Part shown: in pieces, positions 44,999 to 54,999 of the stretch
Layout of the letters: every line of letters begins with the position of its first letter
Numbering within the stretch: position 1 is the first letter of the stretch
Source: Chloroflexia bacterium
GTDB lineage: Bacteria; Chloroflexota; Chloroflexia; QHBQ01; JAICKM01
Reading direction: 5' to 3'
Assembly: GCA_050998805.1 (NCBI GenBank)
Contig: JBPCPV010000015.1
Span: 145,423 to 209,422, forward strand
DNA length: 64,000 bases
Notes under the pieces: model-generated
Told to the model about the DNA's origin: nothing
What the model saw: the letters and a program-made list of their open reading frames with translations, nothing else
Databases searched by the model: none
Made by a program: the position numbers and the translations under genes

Positions 44999-45970
44999 TC
45001 AGAATCCTGCTTCGCCGATCGCCGTGCGAAGCGCCTGGGCCGATTTGCCCATGGCCTCTTGCTCTGCCGGCGTCAGTTCCGGCGCGATCACCCGTATCGC
45101 TCCGGCCCGCCCGACCACAGTCGGCAGGCTGATATACACATCCTGCATACCGTATACCCCGTTCACCAGGGTGGATACCGGCAGCACAGCGTGTTCGTCA
45201 CGGAGTATAGCCTTGACTAGGGTCATCGTGCAGACGGCGATCCCGTAGAAGGTCGCGCCTTTGCGGGCTATCACGTCGGCACCACCCTTCTTGACGCGCC
45301 CGGCTATGTCGGCCTCAACCTCCGGCCCCCAAGCGATGCCCGCGGCTTTGCAATAGTCGGCCACCGGCAGCCCGCCCACCCGCACCTGGCTCCAGGTCGT
45401 CACCTGGGTCTCGCCATGTTCGCCGAGCGTGTAGCCCTCGACGCTGCCTGCGGCGACGTTGCAGTGCTCGCCGACCATGTAGCGCAGGCGAGCCGTTTCG
45501 AGTAGGGTGCCGGTCGCAATGATCCGTTCAGGGCTGAAATCCGAGAGTTTGTGGGCGGCGTAAGCCATAACGTCCACGGGGTTTGCGACCATGACGATCA
45601 CCGCGTCTTGGCGGTGGTCTTTGATGCCGTCGAGCACACCCCGCATGATGCCGGCGTTGCGCTGCAAGAGGTCCATGCGGGTTTCGCCGGGCTTGCGCGC
45701 CGTGCCGGCCGTGATGACGATCACGTCGGCGTCGGCACATGCCGCGTAGTCGGCGGTTCTGACCGTCGTCGGCGGTAGAAACGCGACCCCGTGCGAAATA
45801 TCCCACGCCTGCCCCTCGGCGAGGTCTTTCGCCACGTCGATCAAGAGAATCTGCGAGGCCGTCCCGCTGTGCGCCAGCGAAAAGGCACATGCCGACCCGA
45901 CCTGTCCCGCACCGATGATCGCCACAGTATTGGCGCCTGCCCCCACACGGCCCGTCTGATCACTCGCCAT
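44999..45970 (-). CDS. L-lactate/malate dehydrogenase family (LDH-like) NAD-dependent dehydrogenase
   Basis: ...VAIIGAGQVGSACAF...DVIVITAGTARKPGETRMDLL...GEHGETQV.... At the substrate-specificity position it has R, as in the ARKPGETR segment, where LDH normally has Q. Confidence 0.8.
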   Translation of the reverse strand: MASDQTGRVGAGANTVAIIGAGQVGSACAFSLAHSGTASQILLIDVAKDLAEGQAWDISHGVAFLPPTTVRTADYAACADADVIVITAGTARKPGETRMDLLQRNAGIMRGVLDGIKDHRQDAVIVMVANPVDVMAYAAHKLSDFSPERIIATGTLLETARLRYMVGEHCNVAAGSVEGYTLGEHGETQVTTWSQVRVGGLPVADYCKAAGIAWGPEVEADIAGRVKKGGADVIARKGATFYGIAVCTMTLVKAILRDEHAVLPVSTLVNGVYGMQDVYISLPTVVGRAGAIRVIAPELTPAEQEAMGKSAQALRTAIGEAGF

Positions 45971-46935
45971 TTGATAGTCCCTCCTGTGCCAGCTAGATAG
46001 ATCGCGTGTCTCGCCTGCTCTTTGCGGCCTATTATAGCACGCCGGGGCGTTTATTGGTAGAAGGCGGCGGATTCTTACTCCGTGCGTCGAGCGCAGAGCG
46101 ACTCTCCCACAGACGATAGCTTTGCTTCGAGCTACGGCTCTCTGAGCTTGGGTATCTGAAGAACCGTGCCTGAGAACTGATAAAGTAGGAAAAACGCGGG
46201 TATAGGCACGGGCCGGGCATAATTATCAGATTTCGTGCCTGGCGTGAGCTGATATTTCGCGGCTCTCTATCAGTAGGAAGTGGTTAGTGGTTAGTGGTTG
46301 GTAGTCAGGAGGTTGTCCCGGCGATCCACGAGTGAAGCCGTGTCTTGCAGCTGTAGTTGGCGGCAGTAAGTGAATGAGTAACGTTTTGTGTATATGCTGA
46401 CGATAAGATTGTGTAAATAGAAGAAGACGGCACTCGATGTTACAGAGCCATCGGGGGGGAGGACTTTGCTCGCTATTTTTACCCTCTCACTTGTAATATC
46501 CATTTCAGGGGGCATTTACTGCCAGATTTTGGGGCTTGGGGAGGGAATCGGGGCAAAGATACTCCGAAAGATCTAGACGATTGCGGATTTCGGAGTGCGG
46601 ATTGCGGATTGAGGGCGGCGAGGTGGGCGGATCTCGAAGCTCAACGCGGGTTGGCGTTGTTGCTGTGAAAGTGGGTCTTGTGAACGGATATGAGGGCAAG
46701 AGTGGCCTGACGTAGCAGTTTTGGTATCGGAATCGGGTCGATTTTACTTCAAGAAGCAAGTATGACGGTCGTTGAGACGGATGTTGGTATGTAACAACAG
46801 GAATGGCGCGTCTGGGTGAGCTGGGGTTGTCGGGGAGGAGGCTTGTGGGGTTGGGTGGGGTGGAGATACGAGTAATTACCGGGCCTTAGAGCTTGCATCC
46901 ACTTAGGGGTTTTGTTATAATAGTCGTGTCCACTT
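45971..46935. repeat. Repeat-rich non-coding region (~0.95 kb) upstream of tRNA-Ser
   Basis: Contains (GTGGTTA)-type heptamers (46279-46303) and the ATTGCGG/GGAGTGC heptamers (46578-46614). Segments 46470-46534 and 46083-46120 are reverse-complement matches to 2996-3066 and 2463-2490. Confidence 0.75.
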
Positions 46936-47026
46936 GGGGAGATGCCAGAGTGGTCGAATGGGGCCGCCTGCTAAGCGGTTAAGCGACCTTAAAGTTGCTT
47001 CTAGGGTTCGAATCCCTATCTCCCCG
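46936..47026 (+). tRNA. tRNA-Ser (anticodon GCU), long variable arm
   Basis: Acceptor stem GGGGAGA/TCTCCCC, discriminator G. Anticodon loop cUGCUaa. Long extra arm. T-loop GGTTCGAATCC. CCA not encoded. Confidence 0.85.
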
Positions 47027-47038
47027 CCCTTTTAACAA

Positions 47039-48304
47039 TCACCGTTCGCCCTGTGCGAGCCGCGCCACTTGCTCTGCCAGGATTGCTGATTGGCGCTCCA
47101 GCTCCGGGAGGGTTGGGGCGGCCAGGTTCAGGGTGTAGAGGTGGAGCTGCTTCGGCGTGCCTCGCAGCTTGAGTTCGGTGCCCGTGGCCTCCTCGAACTG
47201 CGGGTAGACCAGCACTCCACGGCGCAGCCCGTAGCGGTCCAAATACGCGCTCACCTGGTATAGATCGCGGCTGAGGTCGCCAGTCGCATCGGGTCCGATG
47301 CGGCGGTACTTCGCGTCTACCACCAGCACCGGCTCGGCACCGCCAGCCGGATAGACCAGCACATCGGGCCGGATGCCGACCTGCCGGGCCTCGTCGAGGT
47401 AGTCGTAGTGTTGCGCGACGACCCGCAGACCGTGCGCTGCCAGCCCTGCCCGCAGCCGAGCCGTCACAAAGCTCTCGAAGAGGCGGGGCATATCCACCAG
47501 GAAGGACGCGAACGGGTGTTGCCCGGCCTGCTCGGCCAGCGTGAGGTGGTGGAGCGCGAGTCGGCAGAGGCTAAGGACCGGCGCGTAGGCGGCGTTCAGC
47601 CGATGGAAGTAGATGCGCGGCAGGAGCGCCAGAGCCTCTTCCCTGCTGATTGCCGGTACATCCACGAAGCGGCCCAAGAGCGCACGCCCGCGCCGAGCCA
47701 GCGCACGGTCCTCCGCAGGCTGGAGAAGGGCAGGCAGGAAGCGCAGCGTGGCGGCGACGACCCGATTCTCCGGCGTGTCGGGCGTGAAGGCTGCATATGA
47801 GCAGACGTGGCGGTTTTTCAGATCGCCGTGCCGCCTGAGCTGTGCGGCGAGGACGATCCTGCCGCGCACGAAGGGCAGATCCTCCTCTTGTGGCACATAT
47901 CCCTGTAGCAAGCCACCGCTCAACAGCCGCTCCACCCGATGCACCAGCATCGCCAACACGAAGCTGAAAATCTCGGGGTCGGGCGCTAGATCGGCGGGGG
48001 GCTGGGTAAAGTGGGCGAGGGCGGGGTCGCCGGCAAGCATGTAGAACAGGTTGGTCACGCCGACCTTCGGGCGGATCACCAGCAGCCCGGCACCCGGCAG
48101 GCGTACCCGTCCCACATAGCCGCGTGTGGCGAGCCGGTAGATGCCCGGCCTGTCGGTTGTCGCCGCCTCGATCTGCGTTGCATAGCGCCCGCGCAAGAGC
48201 GCCACAGCCTGCGGGGGCAGGGCGACCTCGCGGCTCTCAAACTCGCCTAACACGAGTGTCGCTGCGTCGGAGGTGGGTGCCGGTGCAGGGACTAGATCAG
48301 CCAT
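47039..48304 (-). CDS. mcrC: McrC-like restriction endonuclease subunit (PD-D/ExK nuclease)
   Basis: 421 aa; ...IRPDVLVYPAGGAEPVLVVDAKYRRIG...DLYQVSAYL... (D-x(n)-DAK motif). Directly downstream of mcrB. Its stop is 12 nt from the tRNA 3' end. Confidence 0.75.
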   Translation of the reverse strand: MADLVPAPAPTSDAATLVLGEFESREVALPPQAVALLRGRYATQIEAATTDRPGIYRLATRGYVGRVRLPGAGLLVIRPKVGVTNLFYMLAGDPALAHFTQPPADLAPDPEIFSFVLAMLVHRVERLLSGGLLQGYVPQEEDLPFVRGRIVLAAQLRRHGDLKNRHVCSYAAFTPDTPENRVVAATLRFLPALLQPAEDRALARRGRALLGRFVDVPAISREEALALLPRIYFHRLNAAYAPVLSLCRLALHHLTLAEQAGQHPFASFLVDMPRLFESFVTARLRAGLAAHGLRVVAQHYDYLDEARQVGIRPDVLVYPAGGAEPVLVVDAKYRRIGPDATGDLSRDLYQVSAYLDRYGLRRGVLVYPQFEEATGTELKLRGTPKQLHLYTLNLAAPTLPELERQSAILAEQVARLAQGER

Positions 48305-49895
48305 CGGCTTTGTTGAGCGCGGCGGATGCGGCGGCGAAGAGCGCGGCGTACTCCTCGACCTCTCCGGCCGGCGGGATGAAATACTCGGCTATCAGCGGCC
48401 TGATTGCGGTGCGCCAGAGAAGGTCGAGCGTCGCGGGAGTCAGCGGCTCGAGCATGAAATAGCTGTGGCCGAGGCGGTGGTCGGGGTCCAGGGCCTCGCT
48501 CAGGCGGGCGTTGATGTCGCGGAAGAGGTCGAGGAGCACCGTGCGGGCCTCTTTGCCCGTGCCGTGTTCCCGCAGCCAGGCATCCAGAACCTCGGCGTTC
48601 GGCTCGACCTGCAAGAACCGGAAGCGGCGGCGTAGAGCGTAGTCCACCAGGGCGAGGCTGCGGTCGGCGCTGTTCATCGTGCCGATCAGCAGCAGGTTCT
48701 CCGGCACGTAGAACGGCTTCGGCGGCGTACCGATCCCGGCGGAGACCGACAGCTCGACAGCCCCGCCCGGCCCCCGATATTCGAGCGCGTAGAGCAGTTC
48801 GCCGAAGACGCGGGCCAACGGAGCACGGTTGATTTCGTCAATGATCAAGACGTAGGGGTGGTCGGGGTCACGGCGGGCGGCATCGCACATCCGCACGAAC
48901 AGCCCCGGCATCACGGCATAGGTGACGTGCCCCCAAACGTCTACGCTCGGTTTCAGGCCCTCGATGAAGTCCTCGTAAGTTGTCGCCGGGTGGAACTGCA
49001 CCACTTGCGCCCGCGCGGGGTCGCCCGCGACCAGCGCACCCAGCCCGCGGGCCAGCCATGTCTTGCCGGTGCCCGGCGGGCCGCCGAGGACGATGCCGCC
49101 GGTGTCTTCGAGCAGGTCGCGAGCCTCCTCAAGCTCCACCGCCGGCAGCCCGGTCATCTCCTGCAACGCGGCAATATCGGCGACTGGGGGGAGTGCAGGG
49201 CGGCCAACCTCACCCCTGTAAGAGGATGGGAGAGAGGAGGCGCTCCCTGTAGGAGAGGTACTTGGGATGAGGTAGCCGGGCGGCTGTTCGCGGAGGCTGG
49301 GCAGTTCGCTCGATGCGTAGTCCGGCTCCAGTGAGACGTGCTCGCCCGCTTCTATCGCGGCGAAGGCGGAGGCAAGCTCGGGGTTGCGGGCGACGAGACG
49401 CTGTTGCAAGATGGCGTACTCTGTGGGGCTGAGATAGAAAAGGGTGCCGCTGCTGCGCTGCTTGACCGGCTCGGCTTCTTCAAGGCCGGGCACCGCCTGG
49501 ATCTCCTGCCAGGGCAGGGGGTTCGGCACCTCGAAGGCGAATTGGACCTCAATATGCAGCGTCTGTTTGCGGGACGATGCGCCGTCGGCTGGCCCTGTCC
49601 CGCCCTCGCCCGGCCCCGCGCCCACATGCGTGACCGTGCCGACGGCGCGGATCGCCCGGTCGGGGCGGGCGACGTAGATCAGCACTGGGTCGCCTGTTTG
49701 CGCCTGCTCAAAGTTGGCGCGCGGTCGCCCGCTGAACGTCGCCAGCCCGGCACCGGCCAGGGACTGCCACTCCGGTCGCCGTCTGCGGGTGGAGAGCCAC
49801 CAGGCGGTGCGACTGACGCCGCGGCGCGACCTAATGGCGGAAGCCCGTCCCAGGGTTTCGGTTGCCTCTGTTTCCAGAGCTGTTGGCTCGCTCAT
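48297..49895 (-). CDS. mcrB: McrB-like AAA+ GTPase restriction subunit with N-terminal EVE/PUA-like domain
   Basis: N-terminal ...VLIYVARPDRAIRAVGTVTHVG...LHIEVQFAFEVPNPLPWQEI... (EVE-like). C-terminal ...GGIVLGGPPGTGKTWLARGL...YVLIIDEINRAPLARVFGELLYALE...LLIGTMNSADRS... (McrB GTPase motifs). Start placed at the internal ATG at 49895. Confidence 0.75.
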   Translation of the reverse strand: MSEPTALETEATETLGRASAIRSRRGVSRTAWWLSTRRRRPEWQSLAGAGLATFSGRPRANFEQAQTGDPVLIYVARPDRAIRAVGTVTHVGAGPGEGGTGPADGASSRKQTLHIEVQFAFEVPNPLPWQEIQAVPGLEEAEPVKQRSSGTLFYLSPTEYAILQQRLVARNPELASAFAAIEAGEHVSLEPDYASSELPSLREQPPGYLIPSTSPTGSASSLPSSYRGEVGRPALPPVADIAALQEMTGLPAVELEEARDLLEDTGGIVLGGPPGTGKTWLARGLGALVAGDPARAQVVQFHPATTYEDFIEGLKPSVDVWGHVTYAVMPGLFVRMCDAARRDPDHPYVLIIDEINRAPLARVFGELLYALEYRGPGGAVELSVSAGIGTPPKPFYVPENLLLIGTMNSADRSLALVDYALRRRFRFLQVEPNAEVLDAWLREHGTGKEARTVLLDLFRDINARLSEALDPDHRLGHSYFMLEPLTPATLDLLWRTAIRPLIAEYFIPPAGEVEEYAALFAAASAALNKADG

Positions 49896-49949
49896 CTTGA
49901 CATAAGTATAACACAACCCCGATCTATGGGCAAGCGGGTTTCGAGGGCC

Positions 49950-50741
49950 TCATGCAGCCGCCGCCACGAACAGCCCCACGTTTTTACCAATCCGCAACGG
50001 CCCATGCTCTTCGATAAGCTCGTCCACCAGCGAGCGAAACCTGCCGAGCTGCTCCCCGGCGAGGTGTCCCGAGGCTTCAGCATACGCGACCAACGGCCGG
50101 GCATCGGGTATGAGCAAGGCGTCCTCGTAACGATGCATCTCTACGTGCGGAAACGCTTGCGCGAGTTCCTCCATACCATGCTCAAGGTTAAAGCCGTTTA
50201 CCGTGTTGCCGTCATTTATCGTCAAGGCGTAGGCAGCGGAGGCCGACCTCGCCTTGCCGATCAACTCGTCATAGACCCGCATCGTGTTCCGGCTGTTGGC
50301 CGTGGCATACAATCGTCCATCCGGCTTCAGAACGCGGCCGATCTCAGCGTAGGCTTTCGCTCTGTTGGGGACGTGGTAGAGCATGTGGTTAGCGATAACC
50401 GCATCGAAGGAACCCGCGTGAAATGCCAGGGCCTGCACGTCACAAACCGCGAAGGCGAAGCGGCGGGGACTTCGGCTGAGTTGCTTGCAGGCGTCCTCAG
50501 CCACGCCCGGCGAGAAATCAGCCAACACGATCTGCCACCCGTCGGGAATCCGGTCATGGTTCTCCACCCACAGCCGTCCAGATCCGCAGCCGATGTCCAG
50601 AATCCGGCTCTGCGGGGCGAGGTCTAACTGATCCAGGATCCAGCGGTAGAGGCCCTGCGTGTTGGTGCTGTAGTCGGAGTGAAACCGGATGCGTACGTCG
50701 AGCCTCGCCGCGTCTCGGTACTCCTCGCGCAGGCTGCTCAT
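49950..50741 (-). CDS. Class I SAM-dependent methyltransferase
   Basis: ...RILDIGCGSGRLWVEN...IVLADFSPGV...CDVQAL...VLKPDGRL.... Confidence 0.8.
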   Translation of the reverse strand: MSSLREEYRDAARLDVRIRFHSDYSTNTQGLYRWILDQLDLAPQSRILDIGCGSGRLWVENHDRIPDGWQIVLADFSPGVAEDACKQLSRSPRRFAFAVCDVQALAFHAGSFDAVIANHMLYHVPNRAKAYAEIGRVLKPDGRLYATANSRNTMRVYDELIGKARSASAAYALTINDGNTVNGFNLEHGMEELAQAFPHVEMHRYEDALLIPDARPLVAYAEASGHLAGEQLGRFRSLVDELIEEHGPLRIGKNVGLFVAAAA

Positions 50742-51838
50742 AGCTTCTCTATCCCCAATTCTGCGGCCTCATCCCGCGCGGGGTGGGTCAGGTGGCCGCT
50801 CAGGTCGGCAGGGGCACCGCGCGGCGCGGAAGAGACGGCTTCCCCTGCATCATCGCGGGCCTCGCGAAGGGAAACGTGTTGGCTCCAGAAGGCGATGCCG
50901 CCGACTAGGAGAGTCGCCAGCAACTGGCTGACATGGAAGACCAGTGCGAACGCCACGGCCAGATCTTTGTTGATGGTCGAGGCGGTGATCAGCGCCAGCG
51001 TGCCGATGACCAGCGCCTCATAGTTGCCGACATTGCCGGGCATCGCCGGGATCAGCAGGCCGAGGTTGACCAGGGCAGTCATCAGCAGCACGGCGGACAG
51101 GCCGGAGAGCGGCAGCCCAAAGGCCGCAATCGCCGACCAGAACATCCCTGCCGCGACGATCCAGACCAACAGCGAGATGGCCGCGCTCTTGATCAGCGGG
51201 CCGGGCCGCTCGAAGACGCCAAGCCCGGCGCTGAAGGTATGCACGAGCCGGACCGCGAGGCTGCCCACCCGCTGCGGCAACGGCAACACCTGGACCAGCC
51301 TCGCTGTCAGCGCGACCGCCCGCTCCGACTGCCACTTGAAGACCAACAGCCCACCCAACGCGAGCACCAGCACTACCACCGCAACCGCGCCGAGCTGATC
51401 CGCTTGCCCGTTGCCCAAGCCGAGCGCGGGCAGCCCCGCTACCAGCAGCACGAGCAGCGCCAGCCCGTCGAACAGCTTTTCGATCACCACGGTGGCTAGG
51501 ATAGTCGTCCGGCTGAGGCCGGTACGCCGACTCATCAGGTGGGCGCGCACTAGGTCGCCGGCGCGGGCCGGGAAGAACGTGTTGAAGAAGTAGCCGGTCA
51601 TCATCGTGCCGAATAGGGTCGGGAAGCCGGGCGGCGGGCCGTCGGTCAACGGTGCGAGCAGGTGGCTCCAACGCCACGCCATGCAGGCATACGCGCCCAC
51701 CATGCAGAGCATGGAGACCGCGAGCAGACCGAGATTCGCTCCCGCCAGGTGCGCGGGGATAGATTCCCAGTGGACACCCCGCAGCACAAGGTAGAGGCAG
51801 AGGGCGCTGACCGCCACCCCGGCCAGTATTTTTTTCAC
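50738..51838 (-). CDS. Lysylphosphatidylglycerol-synthase-TM-region-like (UPF0104/flippase-like) membrane protein
   Basis: 366 aa, ~8 TM helices. MKKILAGVAVSALCLYLVLRGVHWESIPAHLAGANLGLL... pattern. Confidence 0.6.
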   Translation of the reverse strand: MKKILAGVAVSALCLYLVLRGVHWESIPAHLAGANLGLLAVSMLCMVGAYACMAWRWSHLLAPLTDGPPPGFPTLFGTMMTGYFFNTFFPARAGDLVRAHLMSRRTGLSRTTILATVVIEKLFDGLALLVLLVAGLPALGLGNGQADQLGAVAVVVLVLALGGLLVFKWQSERAVALTARLVQVLPLPQRVGSLAVRLVHTFSAGLGVFERPGPLIKSAAISLLVWIVAAGMFWSAIAAFGLPLSGLSAVLLMTALVNLGLLIPAMPGNVGNYEALVIGTLALITASTINKDLAVAFALVFHVSQLLATLLVGGIAFWSQHVSLREARDDAGEAVSSAPRGAPADLSGHLTHPARDEAAELGIEKL

Positions 51839-52176
51839 TAGCTAGAGTTACTTGACTGCGCTGGATAGGTAGCGCCGAGGCTGTGGGCCGGGCCGGGCAA
51901 TATGTCGTCCTCGTGGGGCGACATATTACGCGGCTTGCCACGTCGCTGGTGGGCTTCTTCGAGGATCTGAGCAATATCTGTGTTGGTGAACAGATATGCC
52001 TCGCTGATCGTCCGAAACCCCTGTGGGTCGGCTACGTTGACCAGGCCGCGCACCAGGATGCCTTCTTCGATCTCGATGATGTAGACTTCCTTGAAGCTGT
52101 GCTCATCTATGAAGTGGCCTATTGCGCGCAGCAGATCCTCGTAATCAACTCGCCCGGCACCGGTGTAATTCGCCAT
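51838..52176 (-). CDS. Hypothetical protein
   Basis: 112 aa, in an operon-like arrangement with the membrane protein (ATGA overlap). No motif recognised. Confidence 0.35.
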   Translation of the reverse strand: MANYTGAGRVDYEDLLRAIGHFIDEHSFKEVYIIEIEEGILVRGLVNVADPQGFRTISEAYLFTNTDIAQILEEAHQRRGKPRNMSPHEDDILPGPAHSLGATYPAQSSNSS

Positions 52177-52204
52177 CGCGTTCCCCCGAATGACTGTTGC
52201 CCCG

Positions 52205-53536
52205 TTAAAACTCGGTCGCGCTGCTGAAGTTAAAGCCCTCGATCCGCATGGCAGGTACGAGCGAGCCGCCGAAAAAGCCCTTCTGTAGCCGCAGGGTGTC
52301 GCTCAACTCGGCGCGGCGCAGAGCATCGAGCACGCTCTGCGTGAAGCGTAGGTTTTTCACGGGGCGGCTGATCGCGCCGTCCTCGATCAGGAATGTGCCG
52401 TCGCGTGTCATGCCGGTAAGGATTGTCTGCATCGGGTTGACGATGTTGACGTAGTGGAAGCGCGTGACCCAGAGGCCGCGCTTGATGCCCTTGATCAGTT
52501 CGGCCTTCGGCGTCGTGCCGGGGGCGATCACCAGGTTCATCGGCAGCGGGCCGTATGTGTTCGGCGCGGGCAGTCCGTGGCCGGTGCTCTGCTTGCCGGG
52601 TTCGCGGCCCGCGGTGTAGGTATCGTAGACGACCGCGTTAGCGAGGCCGTTCTTGATGATCTCGACGCGCTGCCTCGGCACCCCCTCGAAGTCAAAAGGG
52701 AAGGGCAGCCCGCGCGGGTCGTAGGCATCATCATATATCGTGATGTTGTTGCCGGTGATCTCCTCGCCGAGGCGCATGAAGGAGCGGCCTTCCTGCAAAG
52801 CGAGCGCGCCCATGCCGAGGAAGCTGAGGTAGAGGAGCATCTCGCCGACCGCATACTCCTCCAGCACCACGTCATAGGCACCCGGCTCGACCGCTGCCGG
52901 GTCGCGGCTCCTCACCGCCTTGTCTGTCGCCTCCTTGCCGAGCGCAGATGCGTCGATCTCGGCAACGCGGATCGTGGCGTTCTCGGCGTAGCCGGAGCCG
53001 CTCTCGCCCATGATCACGGTGCTGAACTGCGCGGATGTCTGCGGCGCATAGGCGAACACCCCGTGCGAGTTGCCCACGGCGATTTCGTTCCACCCGGTGG
53101 AGAACGCCCCCGATGCGACCAACCCGGCATCGGCGGCTGCCTTGCAGACCGCGCCGACCCCGGCTGCCCGCACCTCCGGCGGCGTATCTGCGGTCACCGG
53201 GTCGTAGCCGGACGATTGCCCATATGTCGCTGCGCCGGGCAGGGACTTGTAGTCCTCGTTCTCGTGTTGGAACCGGGCGATCATCGTCGCGCGCTCAACC
53301 ACTCCGGCGAGCGCGTTCTGGCTCAGGTCGTTTGTCGAGGCCACGCCGATCTTCTTACCGAGCACCGCCCGCACCGTCACCCCGGTGTTCTGCTCGGCGA
53401 CGTTCTGGTGGATGTAGGAGTTGGCGAAGCGGGTCAATTGGTCCTGGCCGCCGAAGTACACCACCTCAGTCTCATCGGCCTTCGACCTATCCAGCACCCC
53501 CTGCACCACGGAACGGATCGTATCTTCCCCTAGCAT
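52205..53536 (-). CDS. pmbA: PmbA/TldE family metalloprotease component
   Basis: 443 aa, paired with tldD upstream. ...GVFAYAPQTSAQFSTVIMGE...GLWVTRFHYVNIVNP... matches the TldD/PmbA fold. Confidence 0.8.
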   Translation of the reverse strand: MLGEDTIRSVVQGVLDRSKADETEVVYFGGQDQLTRFANSYIHQNVAEQNTGVTVRAVLGKKIGVASTNDLSQNALAGVVERATMIARFQHENEDYKSLPGAATYGQSSGYDPVTADTPPEVRAAGVGAVCKAAADAGLVASGAFSTGWNEIAVGNSHGVFAYAPQTSAQFSTVIMGESGSGYAENATIRVAEIDASALGKEATDKAVRSRDPAAVEPGAYDVVLEEYAVGEMLLYLSFLGMGALALQEGRSFMRLGEEITGNNITIYDDAYDPRGLPFPFDFEGVPRQRVEIIKNGLANAVVYDTYTAGREPGKQSTGHGLPAPNTYGPLPMNLVIAPGTTPKAELIKGIKRGLWVTRFHYVNIVNPMQTILTGMTRDGTFLIEDGAISRPVKNLRFTQSVLDALRRAELSDTLRLQKGFFGGSLVPAMRIEGFNFSSATEF

Positions 53537-53559
53537 GTTCGTGTCCTTTCGAGCGACGA

Positions 53560-54999
53560 TTAAACGACGCCGACGCGCACTCCACGGAAGCGGGCGGGGG
53601 CGGCACCGTGGCCGACATGGGCGACCTGCATCGGCTCGCCCTTACCGCAGTTGGGCAGGCCCCAGAGCTGCCAGGCACCCAGCCCGGCAACCGCGTCGCA
53701 CGACCCCCAGAACTGGGGCGTGATGCCGGTGTAGGTCGGGTTCTTGAGGATCGCGCCGAGCTTGCCGTTGACGATCTCCCACGCGATCTCGGTGCCGAAC
53801 TGGAAGTTGAGCCGATGGTCGTCAATGCTCCAGCTCCGGTTTGTGCCGAAGAGTATCCCGTTGTCTATCCCCGCAATCAGGTCTTCGAGGGAACCCTCGC
53901 CCGGCTCGAGGTTAACATTCACCATGCGGATCATCGGGATGCGGTTCCAACCGTCGGCCCGCGAGGTGCCGTCGGATGCCAGACCGAGGGTCGCGGCGGT
54001 CTCTCGGTCGGTTAGATAGCCGACGAACACGCCGGCCTTGATCAGTGGGGTGCGCTGCGCGGGCACGCCCTCGTCGTCCCAGCCGAAGGTGCCGAGGCCG
54101 CCGGGCGTGGTGCCGTCTGCGGTGATGTTGATCAGGGGCGAGCCGTAGCGTTCGGTGCCGAGCTTGTCGGGAGTGAGGAATGAGGTGCCGGCGAAGGACG
54201 CCTCCATGCCGAGCGCGCGGTCGAGTTCGACGGCATGCCCGCAGCTTTCGTGAATCTGCAAGGCGACCTGGCTCGACGAAAGCACGATGTCCATGTTGCC
54301 CGACGGGCAGGGCTTCGCGGTCAGCAGCGCGACGGCCTCGGCGGCGATCCGCTCGGCGTTGCCGGGCAAATCGGCCCCTGTCACCAACTCGAAGCCTCTG
54401 CCGCCCCACTGCCCGCCCGACGAGTTTGGGTACGAGCGGTTCTGCAAATCGTTTTCGGCGACTGCGGTCGCTTCGATGCCTGCGCCGACCTCGGTGATCT
54501 CCTGCTCGATGTTGCTGCCCTCGCTGCTCGCGAAGACTTTGTGGATGCGTATCGCGTTGAAGCTCGACTGGGCAATCGCCAGCCCCGCCACGTGCCTCAT
54601 CTGCTTGTCGGCGGCCATGAGCAGGGCGAGCTTGTCTTCGAGCGAGACCGCAAACGGGTCAAGCTCACAGGGGGTGCGATAGACGCCGGTTTCGCGCACG
54701 GGCGGGCCGAGGTCCACCGGCTTGCGGCGTACCTGTGCGCTCGCCCGCGCGATCGCAACCGCGAGTGCCGCCGTCTTGTCTGCCTCTTCCGGAGTGAGGA
54801 TGGACGAGCTTGCGAAACCCCACGCGCCTTCCACGACGACACGGACGCCGAAGCCCTGGTCCTCGTTCATAGACAAGGCATCAACAATGCCGTTCTTCAC
54901 CGAGATCGCCTCGCTCATGGTCCGCAGGACGCGAACATCGGCGTAAGTCGCCCCCCGCACACGGGCGGTGTCGAGGGCGCGGGCCGCAAGATCTTTCAT
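53560..54999 (-). CDS. tldD: TldD family metalloprotease
   Basis: 479 aa. MKDLAARALDTARVRGATYADVRVLRTMSEAISVKNGIVDAL...HESCGHAVELD (HExxxH region). Confidence 0.85.
   Translation of the reverse strand: MKDLAARALDTARVRGATYADVRVLRTMSEAISVKNGIVDALSMNEDQGFGVRVVVEGAWGFASSSILTPEEADKTAALAVAIARASAQVRRKPVDLGPPVRETGVYRTPCELDPFAVSLEDKLALLMAADKQMRHVAGLAIAQSSFNAIRIHKVFASSEGSNIEQEITEVGAGIEATAVAENDLQNRSYPNSSGGQWGGRGFELVTGADLPGNAERIAAEAVALLTAKPCPSGNMDIVLSSSQVALQIHESCGHAVELDRALGMEASFAGTSFLTPDKLGTERYGSPLINITADGTTPGGLGTFGWDDEGVPAQRTPLIKAGVFVGYLTDRETAATLGLASDGTSRADGWNRIPMIRMVNVNLEPGEGSLEDLIAGIDNGILFGTNRSWSIDDHRLNFQFGTEIAWEIVNGKLGAILKNPTYTGITPQFWGSCDAVAGLGAWQLWGLPNCGKGEPMQVAHVGHGAAPARFRGVRVGVV

Noticed and set aside
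2958-46570. Large mobile element or genomic island bounded by the inverted homologous segments
   Set aside because: The 43-kb interior is mostly housekeeping-type genes (fab, crotonases, ldh/mdh, M16 peptidase) with no integrase, transposase or conjugation genes. The shared segments are better explained as copies of a dispersed non-coding element.
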